From NCBI RefSeq assembly GCF_018350175.1, contig NC_058368.1, positions 133,116,001 through 133,180,000 on the forward strand: DNA of 64,000 nt, given 5' to 3'. The notes beneath the pieces were generated by a model. That model saw only the letters and a list, made by a program, of their open reading frames with translations, searched no databases and was not told the DNA's origin. The stretch is from Felis catus. Lineage: Eukaryota. A program made the position numbers and the translations under genes. Of this stretch, positions 24,035 to 36,800 are shown in pieces (position 1 is the first letter of the stretch; each line of letters starts with the position of its first letter).

Positions 24035-24110
24035 TATCTATCTATATCTAAACATACACATACAGATGTGCCCTTCCTATTGTTTCTGTTTCTCTGGAAA
24101 ACCTTGACTG
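23665..24110 (+). mobile_element. Second ERVL MLT2 LTR (different subfamily) with (TC)n
   Basis: gctgtgaaggtatttttttggatgagattaacatttaaatc…gcagattttggactt…cctattgtttctgtttctctggaaaacc. Confidence 0.85.
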
Positions 24111-24254
24111 TTATCCTGTGGTCAGATGGATGTTGGCTCACAAGAAGAGAACTAAAGCAATTAGGGTGATGAATCCTGCCATTGAGAGCAATAACCTGCT
24201 GCACATACTGCATAATCACACATTTTCAGAAATACAAGGGTTCTTGGCAGGAAT

Positions 24255-24470
24255 AATGTGTAGTTGGAAGGAACAAAGACTTAGAATCAGAAAGCCTGGG
24301 TTTGAGAGCTCACTCTGCTGTACTTGGTGTGATCTTTGGCGAGCCGGTTAACTTCTCTGAATCTCAGAGATTCTCTGAATCTCATCACTCATTTCTAAAG
24401 TGATGATAGTTATGTTACCTCCCTGGATTTTTGGGGCAATTTGATGAGCTACCATTTGTGAATATACCAG
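24255..24470 (+). mobile_element. MIR
   Basis: agaatcagaaagcctgggtttgag…ctctgc…taacttctctgaatctcag. Confidence 0.65.
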
Positions 24471-24713
24471 TATTTTTATTGAGCTCTACTGTTTGATCTT
24501 ATTAGCGGGGAAGCTTAGACTCAGAGATGTTAAGTAATTTATCCAAGATGAGAATGTAAAGCCATTAAGTTTTGTCTTTTTTTCTCAGTGCCCTGTTGGT
24601 GGCTCATCAGTGATGACAGATGTAACATTTCCTGAGCAATCACTATGTATGAGAAACTGCTAAATGCTTTATATCCATTTCTCCCCTCAGTGAAACCTTA
24701 CAGAGTTGGTACT

Positions 24714-25320
24714 TGTATCAGCTTACACTCGACACATAACAAATTACCACAAAGTTACTGACTTAAAACAACACCCATTTTTTATCTTAGATTTCTGTAG
24801 GTCAGAAGTCTGGGCACAGAATGGGCGGGTCTTCTGCTTAGGGTCCTATAAGCCTAAAATCAAGGTAATAACAGGGCTGGGTCCCTTTCTAGAGGTTCTG
24901 GGGAAGAATCTCCTTTGAAGATTCTTCAGGTTGTTTGTCAAATTCAGTTTGTAGCTTATGGGTGTAAGATGGGCATTTTTTTTTTTGCTGTCAGCTAGGA
25001 GTTACTCTCAGTGCCACCACATTCCTTGCCACTGACCATATGGGCAATTCACAACATGGCTGGGGCTTCTTCTTCCAGACCAGCAGAAATGTCTGTCTTT
25101 GACTTAGTCTTCTGTGGCCAGCTGGAGAAAATGCGCTTTTAAAGCACTCATCTGATTAGACCAGGCCCACCAAGATATTCTTCCTTTCTTAAAGTCAGCT
25201 GTGCCATATAACATAACCCGATCATGGGACTGAAATCCATCATATTCACATTCCTGGAGGTCATACAGGGCTCATCCATGAAGGAGTGTGGGTCTTGGGG
25301 CCATCTTGGAATTCTGCCTG
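24714..25320. mobile_element. MaLR LTR (MLT1E/F-like)
   Basis: cataacaaattaccacaaa…ttaaaacaacaccca…ctgtaggtcagaagtc…ggggccatcttggaattctgcct. Confidence 0.85.
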
Positions 25321-25759
25321 TTTATTAACATTTCCATTTTAAAGGTCAAGAAACTGAGGCCAGAAAGATTAAACAAACTGTCCAAGGTTACAGAGCAGTA
25401 AGTGGAAAAGGCAGAAGTCCAAACCCATGCTCATACCCACTCTGTTACACTGTGTCTTGCTGTTGCCAAGGCCTTTCCCTGGAGTCCCTTGAGGTTCTCG
25501 AGAAACCCCACTCTCCTGACCGTGAGGAGGTCTGTAGTGCTGGGCCTGCCAAATCCCTATTGGAGATGGCTAGCCATGCGTAATTACCAAAGTTTATCTA
25601 GTAAACGATATTGTTGTCCTAGAGTGCATTTCTCTTGGTTACTATGATGCCTTAGGTCAGTGAAAACATTTTGGAGCCTTTAAACGATGTTGTGAATCCC
25701 TGAAATTTCAGGCAACCTGGCTGCTGTGAGAGCTGATTATGTCAAATGACCTTTTTACT

Positions 25760-25974
25760 CCTTTTTAAAAGTTTTTTAAAATATTTTTTTATTTTTGAGA
25801 GAGAGAGAGAGAGAGAAACAGAGTATGAGTGGGGAAGGGGCAGAGAGACAGGGAGACAGAGAAGCCCAAGTGGGGTCCAGGATCCGAGCTGACAGCGCAG
25901 AGCCTGATCTCACGAACTGTGAGATCATGACCTGAGCTGAAGTCGGACCCTTAACTGAGCCACCCAGGCGCCCC
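25760..25974 (-). mobile_element. CAN-SINE
   Basis: Head rc cccaggcgcccc; TSD cctttttactc. Confidence 0.92.
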
Positions 25975-26074
25975 AGCCTTTTTACTCTTCTTAAAAAGGT
26001 ATTGTGCTTCTACACAGGGAAAGCATGTGTCCTCCTGTGCATATAGTTCTCTCCCCCTCCCCCACTCCCACTGC

Positions 26075-26271
26075 TTTCTTTCTTTTTTCAAATTCTTTTT
26101 TAATGTTTATTTATTATTGAGAGACAGAGAGACAGGGAGACACAGAATCCAAAGCAGGCTCCAGGCTCTGAGCTGTCAGCACAGAGCCCGACATGGGGCT
26201 TGAACTCACAAACCGTGAGTCATGACTTGAGCTGAAGTCACACTTAACCGACTGAGCCACCCAAGCACCCC
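26075..26271 (-). mobile_element. CAN-SINE
   Basis: SINE body; TSD-like ctgctttc. Confidence 0.92.
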
Positions 26272-27441
26272 TCCCCTGCTGCTTTCAAGGAGTCATGGTG
26301 AGAATAGCAGGTACATAGACAGAAATGAAGCCACCTAAGTGGAGCTTATGATTGATGATGCCTCATCTCATGGCCATGCACCCGCCATTTGCTGCTTCAT
26401 GGTCCCTGTGCCCTCCGCTCTGATGGGGCGGGTGTGGACCTGTATGCTGGGGCTGAGATTGTGGGAGGCGGGCTGAGTGGGGTGTTAGTTTCTATAAGGT
26501 TGCATCCCTGATGCTCACGGGTGAAATAAACAGGAACGTATCATGCTTGCATTTTACAATCTTTATTCACTGTTGGCCTCTAGAAGATATTGACAGGATT
26601 GAGTAAAATAATCATAACCACTCACAACATTGGCTTTAGTATCCACTGCCTTGGAGATGATCCTTGAATGGTATGACTTCAGGGCTTTGGCTTGAATTCC
26701 TCAGCTTTAGTACAGAAAGCAGGAAAAGTGGGTGTTCTTTGTTTGGAAGTCACAGCCCACAGGGATGTGGTGTTAGTGTGCAGAGGGGGATGAGCAAGTC
26801 TTTCATGGAGACAGGTTCTGGTCTCCTCCGAGAAGCACATTCAGAAGCAAGATGTATGGTTTGTAGCAACCCGACATCTTTCCAAACCAGGTCTAGTACA
26901 CAGACTTCCTCCAGGATGTCCCCGTCTCATTCCTTGGAAGATGGGCTCAGGGAAAGGAGACGACAATTCGGACTCTGTTAGCACAGCAACACTCTGTGCT
27001 TTTGTTGTAGGAATTCCAATAGTGACAAGTGGATTTATTTGCCTTATTTGCCAGGGCGGCTCAAACCACCCAACCGTGCCCTTCTGGCTCCATTGACAGG
27101 CATACAGAGAGGGGTGGGAATGCGGAAAGTGTGAAAGGCCTGCCACAGAAAATGGAAGGCAGGAGGATATGCCTGTGTCTGGGCTAGCCAGCAACGTAAA
27201 GGGAAAAGCAAACAACCCTTTTGAGCGCTATTTGAACTCTGTGCGTATGTATGACTGCCTAATAGGAATGCACTGTGGCTCCCACCCCCGCATGTGTTAC
27301 CTGCACGATTTCACCCTGGTCTCCTTATAGTTCTGAGCTCCTTCCTCTACTTGGATTTTATGATTCCTGTGCCCAAACGCAGGAAATGGTCTTAAACATT
27401 CCTATGCTATTTGATATGCTATCATTCTCAATGTAATTCTT

Positions 27442-27765
27442 TTTTTTTTTTTTTTTTAACTTTCATTTAAATTCTAGTTAGGTGACATACAGGGCAATAT
27501 TGGTTTCAGGAGCAGAGCTCAGTGATTCACCACTTACCTATAACACTCAGTGCTCATCCTAATAGTGCTCCTTAGTGCCCGTCGCCCATCTAGCCCCTCC
27601 CCCCACCTTCCTCCCTCCATCAGCCCTTGGTTTGTTCTCTGTTGTTAAGAGTCTCTTATGGTTTGTTTCCCCCCCTCTTTTCCCCCCTTCCCATGTGTTC
27701 ATCTGTTTTGTTTCTCCAGTTCCACATAGGAGTGAAATCATAGGGTATTTGTCTTTTTCTGACTG
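27442..27765 (-). mobile_element. 5'-truncated carnivore L1 3'UTR
   Basis: Poly-T, cagtgattcaccacttac…gttaagagtctcttatggtttg; TSD tc(t/c)c(a/g)atgtaattctt at 27426-27441 / 27766-27781. Confidence 0.92.
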
Positions 27766-28857
27766 TCCCGATGTAATTCTTAGTGGCATTGGTGACAAAG
27801 TGCCAGATTCACCTTTCCATCTTCTCTTCTCTCCCATGGGGATCGAGGGCTCCACACCACGCTGTCTCCCTGTTGGGTCCGTCCATGCTCTGACAGAAGG
27901 AGACTGCAAGTCTAGAGGAGGAAGGAAGCCATCTCTTTGGCTTTGGTGGCGCCTCTGGCTTCAGCGAGTGGCTCCGTGTGACAGCAGGTAGCCGTGGTTC
28001 CGGCTATGTTGTGGCAGCTTCGGCACCAGGGGGCATGTGGGCTCCCTGGCTCCCAGCTGCTGGTGGCTTTGGTGGCAGCTTCTCCAACACTGAAACTGAG
28101 CGTGAAGGTTCCATGTAGGAAGTGGCTGCAGCTTTGTGATCTTTGGGTACAGTTCTCTTCTCCTTGGTGCTCCTTCAGCCACATCACACCTTTTCTCTCT
28201 GGTTCTTCCAGCTCTTCTACGGCTTCTATAACCAGTGCCCTGCATTTGCTCTTCACCCTCAAAATATCCCCAGGGGTTTCACTTTCCTCAGTGAACACTG
28301 ATCCATGCAGGCATTTTGTCGAATCCAAGACGTCTTCATTCCGAGCCAGGGGTCCCTATTTGCTTTCTTTTATTCTCTTAGCTTCCAGGTTTAGTTTGAC
28401 AACTCTGTTGACTCTTCCTTTCATGATTAAGAATGATTAACATTATTATTTCAGGGTTAAATTCCTTTTTTAAGGCAAACAGTCAAGAAAGTGACGAACA
28501 TGTCAGTAAGCTGTCATAATGAAGCCAGGGAAGAAAGCATAGGGGAGTACACAGTGATAAAAATCTGCTCCTGCCCTCAGTTCTGACATGCCTATAGTTG
28601 CGAGGAGGTCAGCCATTAGACAAGCTTTGTCGGAATGTGACTGGCTCTGTCAGCCGACTTTATTGCATAGGCAGCTTGAGCTGATGTCGGTTGCTCTACC
28701 AATTTTCCTTAGCCTGTATTCTATTTTAAAGTCAGATGGGAAGGGGGATGTGAATATAGTTTACTTGTGAAGAATCCATCAGGGCATCAGTGATGGAGTG
28801 GTATTTTTCAAATGTACACGTACATATATTATTTGAAGTACACATTTTAGATGGGAA

Positions 28858-29030
28858 AATTTTTTTGTGAGAGAGAGAAAGAGTGAGAGAGAGAATGAGT
28901 GGGAGAGAGGAGCTGAGGGGGAGAGAGAGAGAGAGGAGAGAGAATCCCAAGTAGGCTCCCTGCTCAGCACAGAGCCTAACACAGGGCTTGATCCCATCAT
29001 GTACAGGATGGAATCCAAGTCTCTCCATGA
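28858..29030 (-). mobile_element. CAN-SINE lacking its head
   Basis: (GA)-rich, agaatcccaagtaggctcc…cagcacagagcc…gggcttgatccca. Confidence 0.8.
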
Positions 29031-29109
29031 TCGGAATCCTAAAGCCTCATCCCTCACCAACTCTCACATGCTCACAGTGTTTCCCGCACAGACAAGTGGT
29101 ACATACATG

Positions 29110-29880
29110 ATGGGGACTCTGGAAATTTAGTAGGTAGGAGGGTCATGAGACAGGACCAGGAAGACTGTTGTAGCTTTTGTGTGGTTAATGAATTGGAGGA
29201 GGCAAGCCTGAAGTGGGGGTGGTGGTTTCAACAGCCAAGTGAGAAATAAAGGGCAATGGGGGGCATCTGGGTGGCTCCGTCGGTTAAGCATCTGATACTT
29301 GGTTTCAGCTCAGGTCACGCTCACGGTTTGTGAGTTGGAGCCCCGCATCAGGCTCCACACTGACAGCGCAGAGCCTGCTTGGGATTCTCTCTTTTTCCCT
29401 TGCTCTCTGCCCCTCCCTCATTTGTGCTTTCTCTCTCTCAAAATAAATAAATAAACTTAAAAAAAAAAAAAAGAAATAAAAGGTGAAGAGAGCCTGCACT
29501 AAGGCGGGGACCGAGGGGATACGTTAGAGGAATGAACCGGTGCTGGTGTCTGCCTGGATGTGGAGGGGGTGGGATGGAGGAGGTTGTGAGGGAAGGGAGA
29601 GAGAAGGGGCCATAGAGAGCCCAGAACATCCACTTGGGTGTCCAGGAGGTGACAGTGTCAGTAATTGAGATGGGGAGCCTGGGAGGAGGAGAAACAGGTC
29701 TGGACAAGCCCTGTTCTGTGTCCACTGAGGACAAAATGCCTGCAGCACATCTAGGTGGCAGTTTCACTGGCATCCAGGACTATGGGTCTGAAGATCAGGA
29801 GAGGGCTGTGGCAGTGAACCCTGGGTAGGATATTTGACATAGGTGGACAGGAAAAGTCATTTGGAGAAGGAAACTTTCAA
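29110..29880 (-). mobile_element. L2 fragments interrupted by a SINE
   Basis: ggaagactgttgtagc…gtgagaaataa; gtaattgagatgggga…ggacaag…tgag…catctaggtgg. Confidence 0.5.
29259..29480 (+). mobile_element. CAN-SINE
   Basis: ggggcatctgggtggctccgtcggttaagc head, A tail. Confidence 0.93.
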
Positions 29881-32209
29881 ACAGATACTTGCTGTGAAAT
29901 CACATGCAATCAGGTACAAATATGTCACACAAATAGCTAGCCCGTTCTCCACCTGTTTTTCCTAATAGCTGTAGAGCCATGGACTGAGGTTGGGAGGAAG
30001 TTGTTTACTGACAGCTAAACGCATAACCTCCCCTCTCCTCTTGCAAGTTGTGGGTAGCAATCTGTTCATCTGTGAACTCCAGTGGGGAGTGAGGCTATTG
30101 GCCCTGAACTTGAGTGTGTTTGGAGATGGCAGGATGCCCCAGTCTCCTGCAGCTATACCTCCAGCTTCTCCCTCCCACCCCTGATTCTGGCAGAAAGCGC
30201 TCCAGGTCTTCCCTAGGGCTTGGCTCTAGTCTAGATCTGACCGCAGGGAGCTCCGCTTGGTGCAGATACTGCTCCTGAACACTAGGGGGCTCTCTCAAGA
30301 ACTAGAACCATCCTGAAAGGCGTCTGGGGCAAGGTGTCCTCTGAGGATGGTTTACCGCCGGAACGTGATGTAAGGGATTGAAGCATTATATAGTTTATTC
30401 AAGCTCAAATTACACTTTTAATTTGATGTAAAAGACACTTCATCCAATAAATTCAATGACAAAGACAAGAACATTTCATAAAAGTCTCATTTCTCTTTTT
30501 TACTGATCTTGGTCTTGAATTATTTGTTGAGTGAGTGAATGAATGAATGAGTACTTATGCAAAACCCCAGGAGAATTTTCAGGAAAGGCTGAGAATGGGA
30601 AGCAAAGCAACTGCTATTTTCCTGTATTTGAGGCAAATCCCATCAGAGTGTTATTTTCTACTCGAAATGACCCTTGTTCTTGTCACTGCTGATTTATACA
30701 GAGTCCTTCACTGGTTTTTTTGATAATGAAGCCCTCAAGAAGAAAAGGGTGTCTCAGAAACCGAAGCTTGGGACCATTTGTACGCTTTAAGTTTTCAAAG
30801 ACACATTGGAAGGGTATTCTCTTGCTGCTTCCATGTCAAGGAATATGTTAGACTTGTAAAATGGAGTTTATGTTAGTCAGGATTGGATAAAATAATATAA
30901 AAAAACCCAGTAAGTCCAATGGGTAATAGGGAGAATGGCTACAATTTCTGGATAAAAAGCATCTTTTCAAAGTCTTATTTTAAAAGGGAATATGTTGTTC
31001 GTTTCTTGTAAGAGGTTGTTCTTTGATGTCACTGTCTCTTTAGCATACTGTCTGCTGAGCCAGGGCTATTCCAGGCAATCTGTCTTGGATTATTGGTCCA
31101 CAAATGCCATATTCTTGCTGCTACAATCATCTATTGAATCCTTAGGAACTAGGCTGTGTTTAGCACCAATTTATATAAAAATGGACAATAAAAGAGGCCT
31201 GAAGACGCTCTATTCTTCTCTGTTAATTTTGTTACTGTTTTATGTCGTTGGATGTGATTTCTCAAGCCCTGGTTTGTGGGGAAGGGGCAAGTGAAGATGA
31301 AAATTGCAAAAAACCACCATGTTTCAACCAATAGGCAAGTTTGGTAAATTCATTGTTTTGCCAGCTTCCAAACAGCCCCCGCGAAAATTTCATACCTAGC
31401 ACCACTAGATGTCACTAAACAACAAGCTTCTCAGAACAATGACTTGGAAGATTGAACATCCTGCTCCCCTCCTTTCTATTAATATTTTACAACTGTATTT
31501 GTACTGTATACATTTTCCACATCATTATTTTGAGTCTTTTACATTTAATGTGACATTCATTCTTAGGAACACAGCTTCATCCTGTTTGACTGCAAACCTG
31601 CTTATTCTTTGGACAGGGATAACTCCTCTAGCCCCTCTTCTGTGTGGCAAGGGAATTGACATTTCATTTGCTCTGAAACTATGGTGGTATGGTCGGGCGC
31701 GATTCTGTTTTCGACGTTGATACAATGATTGTTGTCGGATGTGTTTGGGCTGATCAGGTGCAATGTAAAAACTGCAGGCTTGATTGCCTTGTTTATAATT
31801 TAGGCTCCTCAAAAAGTGTAAGGCTGTCAGAGATCATTGTGGTCATCAGACAGGGCCACCATGTAAACCATCTGGGGACAGTGAAAAACCCATTCTGGCT
31901 TAAAGACTTCTATGGAAAAAGGTCTCTGCTAAAACAAAACCCCTTTCTTTGATGCCCCTTAATTCCTTTATCTTTCTCTAGGCTTTCTTGTCATATTTTC
32001 TGTGACAGCTCTCAGGGGACCAAGGCTAGCGAAATTTTCTATGCCTTGGGAATATCTATCCCCATCAGTAATTCAGACAGAAGGAAGGAGAGCTTGTCGT
32101 GTGTCCCAGAGGGACCCTTCAATTGTGCATTTGATGTTGACAGCTTTCTTTGTCATGAAGAATGGAATTCCGGGGTGCATAGATCACACGGTCTAATGAT
32201 AAAACTTTG

Positions 32210-32430
32210 GAGTTACAGCAGGCTTTGCGATTTACAGAGCTCTTTCACATCTATTACCTCACTTTATCCTCACAACCATCTATTAAGGAAGGCAGGGTGG
32301 GTGTTTTATTTCTGTCTCACAGACTAGGAAACAGAAGCTCAGAGAGGTTAAATGGCCCACCCAAGGTCATCCAGATATAAGGTGGGGTTGTGACACTTAG
32401 TTGCATCTCCAGGTTCCTGGGCTCTGACAC
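32210..32430 (-). mobile_element. MIR
   Basis: ttatcctcacaacc…acagactaggaaacagaagctcagagaggttaa…ccaaggtca. Confidence 0.8.
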
Positions 32431-33439
32431 ACCCCTCCCCGACCCCAGGACACCAAGCTGATTCCTGCAGTGACATTGTTAGGGGCAGCAGGAAATGGAC
32501 TTGTAGCAAGGCTGCTTCTGCAAAGGTGGCAACGAATTGGAGATCTGGTGCTGGAGAACTCAGGGTAAGAGCAGACGAGTCTCTGGTTTCTCTCTTGCCA
32601 ACTGCCCACCTTCCCATGGCACCTGCCCAGGGCACACCATCATCTGGAAGACTGCTTGACTGGCACTGCTTGATGACACTGCTCTTTAAGAGATATGAAA
32701 AAGATGGGGAATGCAGAGGAAGCCTGTAAAAGTACCTCCACAATTGCAAGGTAATTTGGGAAGGAAAGGAGGTCAAGAAATGCAAAACTGAGGAGAACTT
32801 GAATATTGTTGTCAAGTCAAAACGCGGACTTACTCTCTCCTTGGAATTTAAGAGGAGGCAGAAAGAAAGGAGTACATAGAGCCTCTGTGGGACCATTTCC
32901 TGACTTTCCAGACTGAGGGTGGAGAGCCACAAGGGAGAGGCTCTGGGAGACTTCTTTTCTCAATATCAGGGGTACTGCCTGACTGAACTCCATCTATAAA
33001 GCATTTCGTTAACTTGTTGGAAAACATCAGGTAATCACTAAAGTACTCTGTTAATCTGTTGAGTGGTGGCATCCCTTTGCTGATGAATAGAGACTTTGAA
33101 AAATACTGCTTAATCAATGGTGACTATGGAGCTAATTTTCAACTGCCTCTGATAGATAATTTGACTGAAAACAGAGCTGAAACTTCCCTCCTCTTAAGCC
33201 TTAGGATGTTGGAACTGAAGGCACCTGTCTGGTGTTATTTCTGAAAGAGGCCCTAGCCACAGAATCCACGTGTGTGGATTGCAGAGTAGCTTGCTTTCAG
33301 GCGACAGTCAGAAATGCCAGTCTTCCCATCAGATGCCTAATTGTTTCTAAGGTCCACACTGAGTGGCATTTGAGAAACAGGCTGTAATGTTTGCCTTTGC
33401 TTTCCAGGGTTGGTTTTGCAGGACTCGCCCCTCAGTTGT

Positions 33440-33621
33440 CAGTGGTTCTTGACCTTGGCTGTACATTAGAATTGCTTGGTGAACTTTATAAAATTTCTGA
33501 TACAGGGGCTCCACCCCCAGATGTTCAGATTTAATCAGTTTGGGGTAGAGCCGGGGCCCTGGTATTTTTAATAAGAGCCCTAGATGATCCTAATGTGCAG
33601 GTCAGGGTTGAGAACCACCGT
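33440..33621. mobile_element. MER5-type MITE
   Basis: TIR-like cagtggttct / agaaccaccg with the internal MER5 motif. Confidence 0.85.
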
Positions 33622-33869
33622 GTCACATCACCTCAACGAGAGGCACTTCCTTTCCGATGCCCTCCTCACGGGTGTGGGTCACCGATAGTCCTAGTTAGCA
33701 TAGTTTTCAACTGCATAGTTTTTGTTTCAATGAAAGAAATTTTATCCACATAGCTAAGTGTAAATATCCACTAATCAGTAATTATTCTATCAAAAAGCTT
33801 GATCACATTTTAATGCTAAATTGAAATATATAGCATCACCTAGATGTAATTTATTCCTCGATTTAATAT

Positions 33870-34042
33870 AGTGTTTCTCAAAGTGTATTTCTGACAATTC
33901 ATATCAGAATCATCTGGGGTGCATGTGAATATGCAGGTTCCCGGGCCCCATTCCAGACCTACCGAATGGAACACTCTGGGTGGAAACCCAGGAATTGCAT
34001 TTGTGGTAGTTGTTCCAGGGGATTTGAGAGAGAGCGCCAATG
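33870..34042. mobile_element. MER5-type MITE
   Basis: agtgtttctcaaagtg…atcagaatcatctgggg…gggccccattccagacct. Confidence 0.8.
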
Positions 34043-34859
34043 CTTAACTGGTTTTAATTAGTATTAGTCCTATTTGTCTTGAGGGCCTTTAGTAAATGTT
34101 AGCTCTTGCAGTGTTCTTTTTTTTTTTTTTTTTGCCTGTTTGTTTGTTTGTTTGTTTGTTTTTGTAATTGTAAGGCTTCTAACCTTGTAATCTCCCATAC
34201 TTCTTCATCAGTCTTCATCATAGACTTTTCTGTCTATAGGCTGTTTGCTAATGAGAGGGATGGCCTAATTTAACCTTTCTGGCATTTGTGACCAACTGAA
34301 AGTTCTTTGTATCTTTCCTCAATTCTGTCAAAATGCAGAAAAAGAAAGAAAAATAAAGTAGCAGCATGATGTCACTGGCCTGCTTGAAAACCCCACGATT
34401 GTCTATTTTCAATTAGCAGTTTCCCTGCTGGCTGGCCTCTAAGTCTTTCCAAGTTTGCTCTGGTATCAGGTATCCAGCTGCTTAGTGTTTCTGGTTTATT
34501 TGCATCAAATAGTCCCTTAATAACTATCTCTCTCAGGATCAAACACCTCTGCTTTTTGGCAAAGTTTTCACTCCAGGGTTTAGAGCCAAGCTCTACCCGT
34601 GATACTAAAACCCAGTTATTACAGCACACAATGTCCTTGTAAAGTAGCTGTAAAATGGTATCGCCATGCACATGAAATCTTTCAGAATCTTGTTTTGATG
34701 TTGTCTCTCTCCTGGTTCTGGTATTTCCAACATGAAACAGATTCTGGGTGTCTTCCTTATATCTTTACATCATACTTCTCTAAAAGAAAGCTGCTTTGGA
34801 TCTAATTCCTAGTTACACTGAAGAATTAATGAGATGACTTCTGATTCAAAGAGTCAAAG

Positions 34860-36800
34860 TGAACATGTGCTAAGAGACACTATTCCCACATCAAGGATAC
34901 AGAAATGCCTGAAAAAAAAATTATTCAAAGTCACGTGAAAGGAAGCCAAGCAGAAATCTTAAAAATGAGAAGTAAACTCATAGAAATAAAAAAAAAAAAC
35001 CTCAATAAAAGGGTTATAAAATAGTTTAGACATAGATAAAGAGAGAATTAATGATTTGGAAGCCAAGATTCAAAGAGGCAATGCCTGAGTATTTTCTAAA
35101 TATGAATGGATAATGTTCTAGAAAGAAGTCAAAATGCCAAGAATAATTTAGGAAGAAAAAAAATCCTTTAGTATATTCCACTGTGGTAGAATGGCAGAAT
35201 ATAAAATCCTAAAATTCACAAGAGAGAATTATCTACAAGGCCATGACCATCACACTTGTAGCAGACTTCTCATAGATGTCAAAAAACAATGGCTACTACT
35301 CTGAAACACCAAACGCAGAATTTCATACCCAGCTGTTAAGAACTAATCTAAGCCTATTCAATCACTGCCTTATTCTTTTGATGAATTAAGAGGGCTTCCA
35401 GAGATTAGTGGTGAGTGAGGTTCTCTTCTGCATAATCTTACCACCAAGTAGGATGTTATAATGAAAGCAAGTCTCAGACCAAATTCTGCTGCACTCAGAA
35501 ACCTTTTTGGTAAGTGGGCACACACACAAAAAAACCCATTTTACCTGTTTTTAGAAAATCAAAGAAAATCTAGTTCTCTAGGCTTTAGACATTTCTCCCA
35601 ATGCCTTGCATAAAATATTCCCTCGAGACGGATGTGATGATTTTCTAGAAGTAGGATATTCTTGTTGGATCCAACGACAGAGTTTTCTATTAAATTGAAT
35701 GCAGGTCAAAAGGGAGCCCACTGCTCTGTGGGGGGATAAGTTGTTGGGCTGGCCCAGTTCTAAATCCTATCCACGTAGGAGCAGAGGAGGTATCTGTACC
35801 ATGTTTCTAACCAATCCACATAGCTTGACCACCAATTATTGCAACAACAAAAAATTTTTTGTAAAATTATGCTAATTACGTGCTCTCTATGATTTTAGAT
35901 AGCAGTATTTCCAGGGCCTCAGGGGAGTGAGATTTCAATGGGATTTTTCACATTCTAATGAACCACTCCTGGAGGGTTTATTATTGATTAGGATACTGCT
36001 AATCGTAACCAACCAGGACCACAGATTAAAACCAGCATATATTCATAGATATATGTCATGCTATCTTTGCTGGAACATTTTAAAGTAAATTATAGACTGT
36101 ATAACACCAGGCAAATGATATTTTTAAGAGTTAGGGCAAAACAAGGACATTTTTAAACATAAAAGAACTTGGAGAGTTTGCCACTCACAGATGGAAAGAG
36201 CTAATACAGGATGTCCTAAAGCAGGAATGCAAATGAGCCTGGAAGGAAGGTATGGGATGCAAGAGTGCAAAAGGAAGACAATAATTTATGTATATGTTTA
36301 AGCAAAACTTAACTAAAATTCTGGTTGTAATAACAACAAAGGTTTGAGACTGGGTTCATTTGCAAGGGAAGTTAAAGCAAGCTAATGTTTGTGAGGTGAA
36401 ATGCAGATATCATATAAATTGGTTTAGTTGTAAAAATATGTAATTAAGGGGGTCCTGGGTGGGTCAGTGGATTGAGATTCCAACTCTTGACTTTGGCTCA
36501 GGCCATGATCTCACAGTTCATGAGTTCAAGCCCTGTGTCGGGCTCTGTGTTGACAGTGCAGAGCTTGCTTGGGATTCTCTCTCTATCTCTTTTTCTCTCT
36601 CTGCCCCTCCCCTGCTCATGCTCCCTCACTCTCTCTCTCTCTCTCTCTCTCGCTCTCTCTGTCAATAAATAAATAAATAAGCAAACAAACTTAAAAAAAT
36701 ATTTAGTGAGGTATGCATTTTAAAATCTACAAGGGAATCACTAAAAGAATAGAAATAGAAAGCAAGAATTTTAAACCAGGAGTGGAAAACAAAGGACTGT
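34860..36800 (+). mobile_element. Fragments of old L1 ORF1 region (about 34860-35335, 36060-36445, 36700-36800)
   Basis: gagagaattaatgatttggaag, gcagacttctca, agaatttcatacccagc, gagagtttgccactcacaga; no ORF. Confidence 0.55.
36448..36700 (+). mobile_element. CAN-SINE
   Basis: Head, CT tract, (AATA)n tail. Confidence 0.92.

Noticed and set aside
32348..32932. 194-aa ORF on the - strand
   Set aside because: No recognisable homology or splice structure; ends within a MIR.
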